Below are positions 25,025-37,085 of a DNA stretch of 64,000 nt, piece by piece. Every line of letters begins with the position of its first letter. The stretch's first letter is position 1. The position numbers and the translations under genes are program-made. Below the pieces are notes generated by a model. The model did not search any database, was not told where the DNA came from, and saw nothing but the letters and a program-made list of their open reading frames with translations. Source of the DNA: Octopus bimaculoides (lineage: Eukaryota); NCBI RefSeq assembly GCF_001194135.2, contig NC_068989.1, forward strand, positions 96,488,991-96,552,990. The letters run 5' to 3'.

Positions 25025-25376
25025 TCTTTGAGCTACTTCTTCACCACCTCCACACTCACCAGATTTAGCGCTTTCAGACTATCATCTCTTCAGCGCCACG
25101 AAAGAGGGTTTGAGAGGTAAACATTGTTCCAGTGACAAGGAAGTGAAAATTGTAGTGAAGAAGTGACTCAAAGAACAGTCAACAGAATTTTATGGGGCAG
25201 GAATACATGCTCTTATTCGAAGGTGGAACAATGCTATTGAGAGAAATGCTAACTTTGTTGAGAAGTAGGGATGTGATCTACAGAGGACCAACTTCATTTT
25301 GATGTATGATACATGTTCCTGTGTTGGTAATTATACCTGTCCTAAACAAAATGGCATTTCTTTTTGACTCACCCTC

Positions 25377-25379
<3 letters not shown>
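25025..25379 (+). mobile_element. Mariner transposon 3' part with right TIR and TA
   Basis: PHSPDLALSDYHLFSATKEGLRGKHCSSDKEVKIVVKK*LKEQSTEFYGAGIHALIRRWNNAIERNANFVEK* (mariner YSPDLAPSDYHLF motif); ends TTTTTGACTCACCCTCG|TA, then (TA)n. Confidence 0.92.
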
Positions 25380-25423
<44 letters not shown>

Positions 25424-25626
25424 CATACATGCATGTGTGAGTCGTCTAAGAGATCATAAGTCAGGGAAATGCACTCGTATATCCGACAATAGAGTGGGTA
25501 TATTATCCAAAATGTATAGTTTTATACACCAGCTGTGATGGATATATAATACTATACATTTTGGATAATATACGTATATGTCATGTATGATATATACATA
25601 TATATGTATATATTATGGATATCATC

Positions 25627-25657
<31 letters not shown>

Positions 25658-25667
25658 TATATACATT

Positions 25668-25723
<56 letters not shown>

Positions 25724-25944
25724 TTTCATTAAATATATGTATATACAATCTCTAATATATATATGTAAATATCTAATATATATACACATATAACCATTTA
25801 CAAAGACTTGCAACCATTTTTGTTTTGTTTAATTCTTTATTCAGTTTTAAATTCAAATTCAATGACAGTTATTTAGATCTTTATAAATTACAATATTTAC
25901 AACAATCTCCAGAGACTAGGTATATTGATTTCTTAGTGAGACAC

Positions 25945-26130
25945 AATGCCAATAATCATAGTGGAGCAGTATAATTGATTAAATCAACTCCAATATGTTA
26001 TTGATGCTTATTTAATCAACACGAGAAGAATGAAAGTCAAAAGTTTGACTCCTCTGAGATTTGAATTCACAACATGAAGGTACAAAATTAAATACTGTAA
26101 TGTATTTATGGTTCTCTGCTGAACAATGTC
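25945..26130 (-). mobile_element. Degenerate tRNA SINE (TAT-tail family)
   Basis: GAATGAAAGTCAAAAGTTTGACTCCTCTGAGATTTGAATTCAC; another piece at 26415-26485 (+). Confidence 0.55.
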
Positions 26131-26774
26131 ATTTATCTACATCACGTTTCTGGGGATTAGTCATATTAGGAAGTCTGTACTGGAGTTAGTTACAAGTTGA
26201 TAAAAGATAAAAGGAGGAAAATGGTGACTCAACAGAACGGAGAATCTCATAAACACATCAGGTGTTGGTGCATCCTCGAAAACTGTTGTCATCTTTGTGA
26301 CTATCTCTCTCTTTCCACTTCTCTCACTCTCCCCTCTCTCTGTCCTCCTCTTCTGTGCTTCTCCCTCTTTCAGTGCCTCTATCACTCTCTCTCTCTCTCC
26401 CTTTTCTCTCTTTTAGCAACTTGAGTTCAAATTCACTAAGGTCAATTTTGTCTTCCTTCCCTTCAAGGACAATAAAATAAAGTACCATTCCATGGCATGG
26501 ATTCATGGAATTGTTAGAGCTTTGAATCAGATTCCTGGTGATATTTCATATGGTTCTTTGCATTCTCGGTTCTTCTCGCATTGTAAGCTTAAACTACTTC
26601 TTTACTCCATTTCTCTTCAAATAAACTTGCTTTGAAATTAATGAAGAATTTACTGAAATAACTTTGTTGTTTAGCTGGTGTTTGGAACATAAATGAAGAT
26701 ACAAATTTAATGAAAGATTATAATTTTGATCAAAACAGGAAGTTTTTAGTGCAGAAGCAGAGGAGTGGTGGTGT

Positions 26775-26830
26775 GAGGCAGGGTTCATATCAAAAGGATA
26801 TCTCCCATGCTGTTTAACATCATCACCTAA
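26775..26830 (+). mobile_element. Tiny LINE RT remnant
   Basis: GVRQG followed, after a frameshift, by ISPMLFNII (GVRQG..LSPxLFN motif). Confidence 0.4.
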
Positions 26831-28249
26831 TTCTTTGGTAGCCTTAGAGGCAATCATTCAGACCAGATCTCAGATATGAGGATCAGTCTCCCCTTCTTTT
26901 CACCATTCTTTGAGGCCCTCAGAAGGGCACAGCCAGTTTTATCTCCTCCACTGAATAAGAGAGGAAAAAAAAATTGCTGATATTTTTTTTTACGTTTGCA
27001 CATTTGAATTAAGTATTAGAAAATAAATTTAAATGAAAATTTGTAAATTGAACATTAAAGTTAAGTATAGAAGTGATGGCCATAGAACCATGATGATGAT
27101 GGTGGTGGTGGTGGTGGTGGTGGTAGTGGTGGCTTTAATGGTAGTAGTGATGATGATGTTGCTGCTGCTGCTGATGATGATGACAATTACCTCTTTTGTT
27201 TTTTTTTTGTCTCAGCATGTTTACTCTCATACATCTGTTTGAATTCATACTATTTAATGGTTATACAATGTTTGATATTTTTCTTTTTGTGTGTTGTTTT
27301 TCAAAAAAAAAATATATTTCTATTGTGTCATCTCATTTCCTTTTTAGTGCAAACAAAAACATATCATTGTGAATCCTTGACAAAAGTTAGAAAGTTTTAT
27401 ACTCCAAGACACAAACATAGGACGATAGATTGATGTCAGCGATTCAAGCAAATGAAACACCTGCAGCTTGTTGCAATTGCATTGAATTCTTGATGTTTGT
27501 GTTGTCAAACAGTTTACACTCGTGCAGACACACAGCCATGCCACTTCTAGATAGAAGAGGACTGAGTCATAAAGAGTGCCAAGTGATGACCAAGTCATAA
27601 CAGCACTGTATGGCTGACCAAGGCTAAACTATTGCTGTATTTTCTTGGCAGGATGCATTATTTCTCTTTTCTGACTGTTTACAAACCTCAGCTATTTGCA
27701 AACTTCAGAAATAAACTTGAAATGAAATTGGAAAAATGAAATGAAATTGGAAAAATGAAATGAAATAAGTACACATAGAACGCATGCATATATGTCTGTG
27801 CCTGTTTCTCTGTCACTTTCTCTCTACACACACTCACGTATGCATAGTAACACTGCAAGAGCCAAGAGAAATGCCGCTGAGCATTTTGTTTGACATGCTA
27901 ATGATTCTACAAGCTTACCATCTTAATAACAAGAAGAATGATAAAGTGTCAGCCACTGGCTACAAATGTGTAGGACCTGGTAGCATGTGCTGTACTTCCA
28001 CTCATTCTTATAAGCGCCCATGTTGTCCTGAGCAGACACAGGCACTGTCTTGACTCTCCCACCTTTTGACTCAGTCATTAAACCAAAATGCGATGGCTAC
28101 AGGAAGAGAGGGCTGCACCAGCACTCAGCTGGTGCTCATTTTCTACTGAGCAACCCAATGTGCTGCTCAATTATGATCATGAGTTGAACACCCTAACTGC
28201 TGGGCCACATGCATCATATCATCATCATCATCATGAAGAAATAAAACAT

Positions 28250-28475
28250 GATTATTATTATTGAGTGAGAGAGCAACACACACCCTCAAAGTGACGCTGG
28301 ATAGAAATATACAAGGCCCAGTATACTCGTCATGACTCCCTGTCTGATGAGGGTCCATCAGGCACATGCCTCACAACCGTGTGTGCATGACATGGTGACC
28401 TCATATCAAAATAAACAGTGCATGATTTTGCCGGTAGGGCCCAGTTAGAATTTTCTTCAAGACAAATAGCCCATT
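28250..28475 (-). mobile_element. AAT-tail SINE-like element, 3' part
   Basis: (ATT)n GAGTGAGAGAGCAAC...CAAAGTGACGCTGG...CCAGTTAGAATTTTCTTC, same as 8670-8885. Confidence 0.8.
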
Positions 28476-28605
28476 CTGCTTAAACTGACAATGACTGGTA
28501 ACTTCCTCATCCACAGCAACACTAAGAGGATCGATGTGATGAAATAGATCAGTCCAGATGGCTTTTGAGTGCTACAGCATGTCACCTTGTCAGCACTTTC
28601 AAACC

Positions 28606-28607
<2 letters not shown>

Positions 28608-28636
<29 letters not shown>

Positions 28637-28690
28637 GTTTAACGTCCGCTTTCCATGCTAGCATGGGTTGGACGATTTGACTGAGGACTG
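28608..28690 (-). mobile_element. Young RTE 3' end
   Basis: (CAT)n CGTTTAACGTCCGCTTTCCATGCTAGCATGGGTTGGACGATTTGACTGAGGACTGG, identical to 63780-63838. Confidence 0.92.
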
Positions 28691-28699
28691 GGGAAATAA

Positions 28700-29320
28700 A
28701 GAGAGAAATGAGTTGATCACATGTATACTCAACATTGAAAGTAATAACATCTTGAGATTAGATGAAGAACTCCTGCACAAGTACTCTGAGTTTACAGCTG
28801 ATTGGGAGAAAAATACTCATCATACGAGTAGAAAGGTGTGCATTGGTGCATGTCCATCAAGTTAGAGAATACCAGCAACATTGATAGGAATAATAGCTTC
28901 TCTTGGACATCACATCTCACCTAGGCACTATGCCTTTCTTTTCCAAGATTAGGGGATTGCTGCTAAATACCTGATCAACAAAAGAGATAAGGATTCCTCT
29001 AAACCCCTGTGCTGTGATAGAAACTGTAGATTGCACCATATTAGTGAGGAAGATATCACTCATCACCAGTAACTGTTCAACAATGCCTACAAGATTATAA
29101 CCTTTGTATGAGGCCTGACGTTGCTTCTAGGACAGTTGAGAATGGTCATCAAGACAGGAAGGAATTGTCTTGATGACCATACAAAAGGCACAGCGGAACC
29201 AGAAAATATCCACATTTAAAAAAATAAAGAATACTGGTATAATACTCCAATAAAAACAGTAATCTGTCGTCAGCACAATCGGTCAGATATGGTTGTAGGG
29301 AACAGGTAGATATATGAACA
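28700..29320 (+). mobile_element. Decayed R4/NeSL-type LINE fragment (CCHC knuckle to endonuclease), a distinct family
   Basis: FQD*GIAAKYLINKRDKDSSKPLCCDRNCRLHHISEEDITH; MRPDVASRTV (RHD motif position); KEYWYNTPIKTVICRQHNRSDMVV. Confidence 0.75.
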
Positions 29321-30394
29321 CCAATACTTAGCCTGTTACTTATTGTGTCAATCCAGTCTCATCTAATAGAGAATGCAATGCTCCAGCATGGCCACAGTTC
29401 AAAGACTAAAACTAATGAAATAACATATTGCCAGTCTCATCTTCAGTATTGGAATCGCTGGTTTCAATTAGAGACGTGTCTCTCTTTCTCTCTTCTTTCC
29501 TTTCTCATTTATTCACTGTCAGCATCCTAACCCTTTCCAATCCGATTTTGCTTACTAACAGCTATTATTAATAATGCATGGCAAATATTACTAATTAAGA
29601 AGATTATCCTTCCTCTCAGCTGGCCTTACCACCTAATTTGTTCGGTTCTGATTTGCTGATTTATCTCTGAACGAAGTCAAGAGTCAAGTGAGGAACAGGG
29701 GGGGGAATCCCAACATAAGCATAGTATTATAGGGGGCACAGTTGAGTTTTTGCTTGATGGCTGGAGCTAAGCCACTGCTAAGCTAAAATTATTATCGGAA
29801 ATTGTTTTTGAATGATATTAATTTCGTTTGGTTATCCTCATCCCTAACCAATAATCAAGAGCTAATTAATGACTTGTCGTAGCCAGTTCGTCTAGCAACA
29901 CATAGGAAGAAGTTTAGTCAAATATATATATATATATATTGGTGAGGAAATAAGAGAAGAAAACTACAACAAACACAGACAACCAAAGAACCTATTCCAA
30001 ATGGGAACAAAATTATCAACACTCTTTTGTTGTTGTTGTTGCTGCTGTTGCATCGTTTCATTTCAGCCAAAGACTATCTAATCAAAAATGGAGTTTGGCT
30101 TATAGAGCAGGTGGGGGTGGCAAAACAAATGAAAAAAAAAAAAGATCATCTCTTCCCCACTCCTGCTTCTAAATCTTCTCATAATTTCTCATCTTCTTTT
30201 TTTCTTGCATTTCTATTTATCTGGATCACATTGATTTTTTTGCTTTCAATCTATTTGATTATTTCATATCCAATCACCCATATATTAACTGTACATTACT
30301 CCATAATTTTATACATGTGTGTGTGTGAGTGTTATATATGTGAGTGTTATACATGTGTGTGTATATATGTGTGTACACACACACTGGCACATTT

Positions 30395-30800
30395 AAGGAC
30401 TGCATAGATGTATGGTTAAGAAATTTGCTTCTTAATTAGTGGTTTTCAGTTCAATTCCATCCACTGCATCTTGAGTGTCTTTGACTCTAACCCTAGGCTG
30501 ACAAATTTGTCATGAGGAATTTGATTGATGGAAATTGTGCAGAAGCCTCTTCATGTGTGCATGCACACAAATGGTTGTTTTGCATATTTGAAGACTCATG
30601 CAACCACCTGGTTTCAGATTCAGTTCCATGGCACTGGCATCTTAGGCAAGTCTCTTATATTATAGCCCTGCGTTGATTAATAATTTGTGAGTGAATTTCA
30701 TGGACAGAAAATGTGTAAATACTGGGGTCAATTTGTTTGATTAAGCCCTTCAAGATGGTGCCCCAGCATGGCCTCAGTTTAATAACTGAAATAAAAGATA
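30395..30800 (+). mobile_element. Two tandem tRNA/CORE SINE copies
   Basis: GGTTAAGAAATTTGCTTC..GTTCAATTCC..TTGAGTGTC (30412-30545) and CAACCAC..TTCAGTTCC..TTAGGCAAGTC...CCCCAGCATGGCC (30595-30800). Confidence 0.65.
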
Positions 30801-31744
30801 ATGCAATTGTATTTCTCTAATGTAAATGGCCTGAGCCCTACTTGACCTTGGGAATTAGCCAAAAGCAACAAATTCAGTTTTTAACAACTCAGAAACATTA
30901 ACGAAGACTTTTGCAAATGCATTCATCTTTTCAACTTACTTTGTCGATTAAATCTAAAGTGGTTAAGAATAAGTGTTTAAGAATAAGAGACATTTAAAGC
31001 AGCTTAAAATAGAAATTAAAATGGATGAGAACAGACATGAATAGAATGAAAGAAAAAAAAAAACACCTCATGAATGAATTTTTCTTTAAAGTTTGGCTGG
31101 TAGCCAACACCTGTCCATGTTTTTATGTTTAAAGTAAGTTCTTTCATATTTCGTATGTGTATTTCGTGTATTATTACCGGCATAATGCCTCTCCCAAGGT
31201 TTAATTGTAAGTTCTTTCATATAATCAAAAAAGGTTTTGACTTTAATATACCTTTCTTTTATATGCATTAAAAAAATCTCTTTGTTGCGAAGTGTTTTCT
31301 CCGGCCCAGTTTGGCCCGATTCAAGTTTTATCTGTTTCACTTTTTATATAGTTTAATGAAATTTTTACCTGCATAGTCACACATTTGCAGCCTATCTTTG
31401 CAAACGTTTGCCTTGTGCCTCTTTAAAACACCAATGTGTAGCAAGTTTTTTGATGTATGAGGGTCAGCTGAAAGGTTCATAGGCTGTGTATATCTGAATG
31501 TGCATGTGTGTGCATGTTTGTATATAGATAGATCGATCATTTATACAAAATATGGGGGTTTAGTTCACAGGTGATCTAAATGACTAGGTATGCTAGGTAA
31601 ATGCTGTAATGGATTACTAGGGCTCCAAGTTTATAGCCGAGATGGTAGTTATGGAGCCATTGCACATTTCTGATATAGTGGAAATGTGATTGTTAAACAT
31701 TAAGGTAAGGCAAACATCTCAAGTCATATACATTACTATTATTG

Positions 31745-32665
31745 GAAAAAAAATTCAAAGTCTTACAGCTGTTTCTGAGATATCCTAGAGTATGGGAATG
31801 GTAGTGGAGGTGGTTATTAAGTGGTAATGGAATGGTAGTGGAGGTGGCTATTAAGTGGTAAAAAGAAAGAAAAGTAAATAAACAGAGAGGTAGAGAGAGT
31901 GAGGGGGTAAGTTAAGGATTGGCGTTAAAAATAGAGAAAGGTATATAAATGTATAGTATCTAAGAATATGATGTACAAAGATAGCCAAGAAGATAAGAGG
32001 GAGGAGGAGGTAGAGGAAGATAACGTAAAAAAAAAAAATAAAGTAAAATGAAAGGGATACAAAGAGAATAGTAGGTGCCAGTGGTATTCTTCTAGTCTGT
32101 AGGGGATAAAGAGGAAATCTAGTAGTTAGTGTTTGTGTCCGTTCTGTGTGTTAATGATGATGGAGGTTTGCAAGTGGGTGTTATTTATGGTGGGGTGGGG
32201 ATGAATTTACATGTGGATTTATGGAAGAATTTTAAAATGCAGAAGAATTTGTTTACACATTGTGAAGGATTTGTTGTGTTTGTTAAGCAATTGTGGTGAG
32301 TTATGGGCTAAAAGTTTGAGGGCTTCTTTTAAGCAGAGTCCACAAATGGAGTGCTGTCCCTGATCTGGAATACCAGAATCTATTATATTCCAAGAAAGTC
32401 TATATTGTATTTTCCTCTTAATTAGATGGTGTACATGGCTGGCTAGTAAATGTGGGATTGCTATTCTCTTTATATTTAAATGAGTATAAATGTGCATAAT
32501 ATCTTTGTTTGGAAATTGTAGTAGATCCAATGTAGTAACTTTAGGAGTTATTTACTATGTTGTGAACGGTGCATTGGTATACGATGGTGAATCTTCTGCA
32601 GTGGGCTTGCAGCGGGCAGTCTGTCCCAGATCTGCAGTTGCGGCTATCAGTTCTATGATGGTTAG
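31745..32665 (-). mobile_element. Penelope-like element 3' fragment (Cys-rich linker, GIY-YIG endonuclease, pLTR)
   Basis: SRNCRSGTDCPLQAHCRRFTIVYQCTVHNIVNNS*SYYIGST, then LASHVHHLIKRKIQYRLSWNIIDSG...CGLCLKEALKLL...QLLNK; 34-bp tandem repeat at 31796-31862; hammerhead half-site at 31761-31775. Confidence 0.85.
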
Positions 32666-33220
32666 TTGGAGAGATAGAGATGAGGTAGTGCTGGTAATGG
32701 CCAGGATAGTATTAGGTGAATTGTTCATGATGTTGCTGTTATTATCGCCGTCATTTCTAGTATCTTTAACAATGATAGATAGATAGATTGGCAGGCATAT
32801 GTGTATATATTTATGTATGTACACATACATGCATAGGTAGGCAGGTGGTCTGACTGGCTTACAACTCACTTTTCAGCTCAAAATATTGTTAAACATGATA
32901 GAAGTTGAAAGCCAGCGTTTATGTGAATATTTTATTTGGAAAATTGCTCTTGTATATGGAATTATTTCCAGTATTTCTGCATTTCTTTTTATTGAACCTT
33001 TTATTTGTTTTACAACAAAATCATTGATAAAATCATAGCAGCAATAATGACAGTGACATGTGTGTCTTTGTTGTGCACAGTTCCAGTTGTTTATTGTCAG
33101 ATATACATAAAAAGTGTATATGTTACCTGTATGTGATGTTGATACATGTACACACATGTATATCAGATGGTGGCTTATCTGCATTATTACATTATATATT
33201 TATGTGTGAGTGATATGTGC

Positions 33221-33260
<40 letters not shown>

Positions 33261-33269
33261 CCATGAAAA

Positions 33270-33620
33270 TACTCACTTAGTTTAGTGGTTAGGTTATTTG
33301 GTTTACAGTCATAAAGTTGTGAGTTCAAACCCTAGCAGTGCATTGTACCCTTGGGCAAGACGCTTTATTTCATGTTGCTCCAGTCCAGTCAGCAGGCAAA
33401 AATGAGTTGTTCCTGTAGTTCAAAGGGGCCTAGCCTTGTCACATTCTGTGCCATGCTGAATCTCTTTCAGAACTACGTTAAGGGTGCACGTGTCTGTGGA
33501 GTGCTCAGCCACTTGCACGTTAATTTCACGAGCAGGCTGTTCTGTTGATCGAATCAACTGGAACCCCTGTTATTGTGACCAAAGGAGTGACAGTAATAGT
33601 AGTAGTAGTAGTAGTAGTAG
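33270..33620 (+). mobile_element. Full-length tRNA-head/CORE SINE with (AGT)n tail
   Basis: TTAGTTTAGTGGTTAGG...GAGTTCAAACCC...CCCTTGGGCAAGACGCTTTATTTC; collinear with 16166-16482. Confidence 0.85.
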
Positions 33621-33649
33621 TAGGAAGAGGAGAGGAGGAGATCAATAGG

Positions 33650-34680
33650 AAGTAGAAGTTCTGAGCTGTGGATAGTGGGAGAAAGTGTGACATCAGGAGG
33701 AAGTCATTGGTGAACCCCAGCATTGGTGAATGCCATTTTATGGGGAGGAATCATTTCATTTGTGGGAGTTTAAGGGGGAAACATTATTTCTCCATGACCA
33801 CAGGTAGATGCGCATTTCTTCTTCCTGCTTCTGATGGAATCCAGGGCCTTCCTCTGCACGTGCCCCAGAGACTTGGTATCTTAAGACTCATGGTTTTAAC
33901 ATTATTTTGCCAAATTATTATGGTTTTTGAGAGAGAAAAGAATGTGAGGGGAAGATTTAGAAACTTATTCCCACAACAAGCCATTTTAGTTCATAACTGG
34001 AGAGAATATCAATTAAGATTGAGACATGAAACGTTAGGGTCATTTAATGGTGAAGGAGCTGTGGTTGCATGAGTGAGGAAGATGAGGGTGATTTTGAAGC
34101 TGAAGAGGATTCTGAATGTGGCAAGTTTTATGTTGTTTTATTTAAAACAACCAGTATTGGCTCTGCACTGAGAGATAAACAAAGAATCCCAGGACGATGC
34201 AGAGAAAATAGATGCCAGACTAATGGAGGCTTTTACAGATGTTTGTAGCCTATGGCAAGATGGAGGGAAGAAAATGGACTCAGGAACAAGCAGATGTGAT
34301 TTAAAAAATTGGTGGGACTTGCTAAATACACTAGAGATGATTGGTTGGAACCTAGCAGTTATGGCTAGTTGACCTGCTTATATATTAGTAGGGTTGCAGC
34401 TATTGGAAAATTTGGTGACCAGGACTTGAGTGTAAGCAGCAACAAGACCCCCAAGCCATAATCACACAGGGACAGAGTTCTATGAAATGGTAAACTTGAG
34501 CAGAGCAGATTCAGTAGAGGGAAGAGGGCATGTGTGAACATTTAAGGGACAGCCTCCAGATGTCATGGGCCACAAGGAACTCAAGTGAGGAGCAGGCTGG
34601 TCATATAGTAAGCCATTGCATTCAAAGAAATGAAGGAGGTGGGGGACCTACTGTGCTGTAGAAATTCTAATAAAGAGGAG
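33650..34680 (-). mobile_element. Very old LINE-like remnant (possibly CR1/L2 endonuclease-linker)
   Basis: GC-richer unique stretch; weak motifs GLGVLLLL, SSWDSLF, FFSLSKTI..IPSL. The assignment is inference. Confidence 0.3.
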
Positions 34681-36594
34681 GAGTAGAGTGAACACACAGG
34701 TTGGTAAAGGCTTTATAACTTTTCGGATCACTTTATAGCTAAATTCCTCACCTGCAGAGAATTTTACAAAAATGGAGATAATTATCGAGTGGGTCCATGG
34801 AAATTATTAATCCCTTTCAGTTGTTTAAAGGCTTATTGATTAGGGATAGAGGCCTGCTGTTGCATGAAATGATCTTGAGATCAGTAGGTGTGCCTGGTGT
34901 TGTGGAGGTGGTGAGTTAAGATAATGGATGAAAATAATGTTGAAAGTAACCAATAGGAAGAATGTCTTTTTATCAACCAGAATCAATTCCCACATGGGAG
35001 TATGTAAGCCAAGAAGGAAGTGCAATTTATTCACTGCTGCATGTAGACACATTTCTTCCACTGATTCACAATGTAGTGTTTGCCTTCTTCCTCTGCGTGA
35101 GCACCCCAGAGACAAGAACCTCTGGCTTAGGTAAAAACGAAGCCATTTCATGTCGTTCACCTATTTCCTCTTTTATAGTTATTGCTGGATGTCAGCTATT
35201 TATGGCGGCTTTTAGATGTAAAGAAAAATAATTTAATTGTCTTCTCACTGTGAAGTATTTATAGACTGGTTTTACTACTTTATAGACCAGCGGTTCCTTG
35301 TTTTAATATCAGCATGATGAAATTATATATTACTATTAAAAGAGAAAGTAATATCCATTCATCCACATATGTGTATGTGTGTATGTATATATTTACATGT
35401 ACAAACACACATACACATGTATGTAATTATGTATTTATGTATATTATATATTCATGTATACATATTTACATACACACACACACACATATATATACACACA
35501 CATATTTTTATGTATATTTATATATTCGTGTGTATGTATGTATGTATATTTGTATGCATATATATCTTTATATATATATCTATAACGTACACACACACTA
35601 TATATGTGTGTGTGTGTATGTATAATACTTATATATGTACAGATTCTTATATATAAATATATGTGTATACATGCATATATGAATTTAAAATAGATGTAAA
35701 ATATGTGCTGCATCTGATGAATAATGAAACGAAAGAATCTCTTATCAAGGGCCATATTTTTATGAATTGAGTGCAAAATTTTGAGAAACTTGTTACAAGA
35801 TGGTGCGAGAATTGCTTCATGCTAATTTAAAGTTATTCAGTGATGATTAACTCATATAAACAGTCTTAAGATATAAATATGGAAATAGATAAATATATAA
35901 ATGTATTGTACATTCTCAATGAGAAATGTAAGGATTCTGTTGCTATATAAATTCAGTGGATTTTTCTAGAAAAAGTTGCTTTTTGTTTATTTTTATATCT
36001 ATTACAGTATTTGCAAGGTTCGCAAATATAATATGAAATATCTGATTTTTAAATTCACACAAACAAATATTTAAATCCATGAAAAATTTATTTTTATTTT
36101 ATTTTTAATAGCTGTGAAGAATATGAAAATAGGATGGTGGGAGGGGGGGTACTTTAAAAGTAGATATACTGAATTTGTTGGGCTGAATGCTTATTTTGAT
36201 AATAAATGTAAAAATTTGGAAAATTGCTGCTTGTTTAATATGTAAAGGTTTTGTTGAATAGAATCAGATTTGTTGTAAAATATTTAAAATGGTTTCCATT
36301 TAATTATTATCTATTTGTTGTTGTATTTATTTCTTGCATTTCGTAGTTTCAGGATCTTCAGAAAGGCATGATTATTAGGAAGAGTCAATATAGGTGATTA
36401 GCAGCTAAAGCCAAGATTTTTCTTTTCTTTTCTCTTTTTGTTGTTGAGGTTGTTGCTGAAGAGAGAGCAGTAAAAAAATACTTTAGTGGTGATGTTGGGG
36501 ATGGTGGTGGTGGCAGGTGGTTGTGGGTGGAGGTTATGATTCCTGGGAGTAGAGACAGGTTGAAGCTGACTAAATTGATACAGTACATGACTGG

Positions 36595-36750
36595 TATTTA
36601 TATAATTGTTCCAAACATAAGCAGAAAAGTCTGAAATTTGGGGAAGGCAGATCGGCTGGTATCATTGACCCCTGTTCTTGACTAACACTTTATTTATTGA
36701 ACCCCAAATGGTGCAAAATGAGGTTGACTTTGTTAGAATTTCAACTGAGA
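36595..36750 (-). mobile_element. tRNA SINE (TAT-tail family), degenerate
   Basis: TCATTGACCCC..TTGACTAACACTTTATTTATTGAACCCC..AATGAGGTTGACTTTG..AATTTCAACT. Confidence 0.55.
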
Positions 36751-36842
36751 ACATAAAGAACTGGAACGAATGTTGCAAAGTAATTTTTCCTTTTTTGTTC
36801 CTGTGGTTCTACCAAACCAGCATCTGTAATTACTTCTAACGT

Positions 36843-37085
36843 AATCATTATCATCATCATTGTAACATCCACTTTTCCATGCTTCCATGCGTTGCATGGA
36901 GTTGATTGAGGTACATTTTGTATAGCAGGATGCCTTCCCTGTCTAAGCAAGGTAATATCCCTCCCAGAGCCCAAACATATTTCTTCCTCAGAAGAAGAAG
37001 ATTGGAACTGAATGACCACTGCTTGCGTGACAGCGATACTCATTTACAGCTATCATGTGACATCAAGACAAGGAGATGCACACAC
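36843..37085 (-). mobile_element. SINE with RTE-type tail
   Basis: (ATC)n TGTAACATCCACTTTTCCATGC...GGATGCCTTCCCTGTC...CAAGGTAATATCC...CATCAAGACAAGGAGATGCACACAC; reverse of the 231-480 family. Confidence 0.75.

Noticed and set aside
27718-27768. 20-bp tandem repeat TGAAATGAAATTGGAAAAA x2.5
   Set aside because: Ordinary local slippage duplication.
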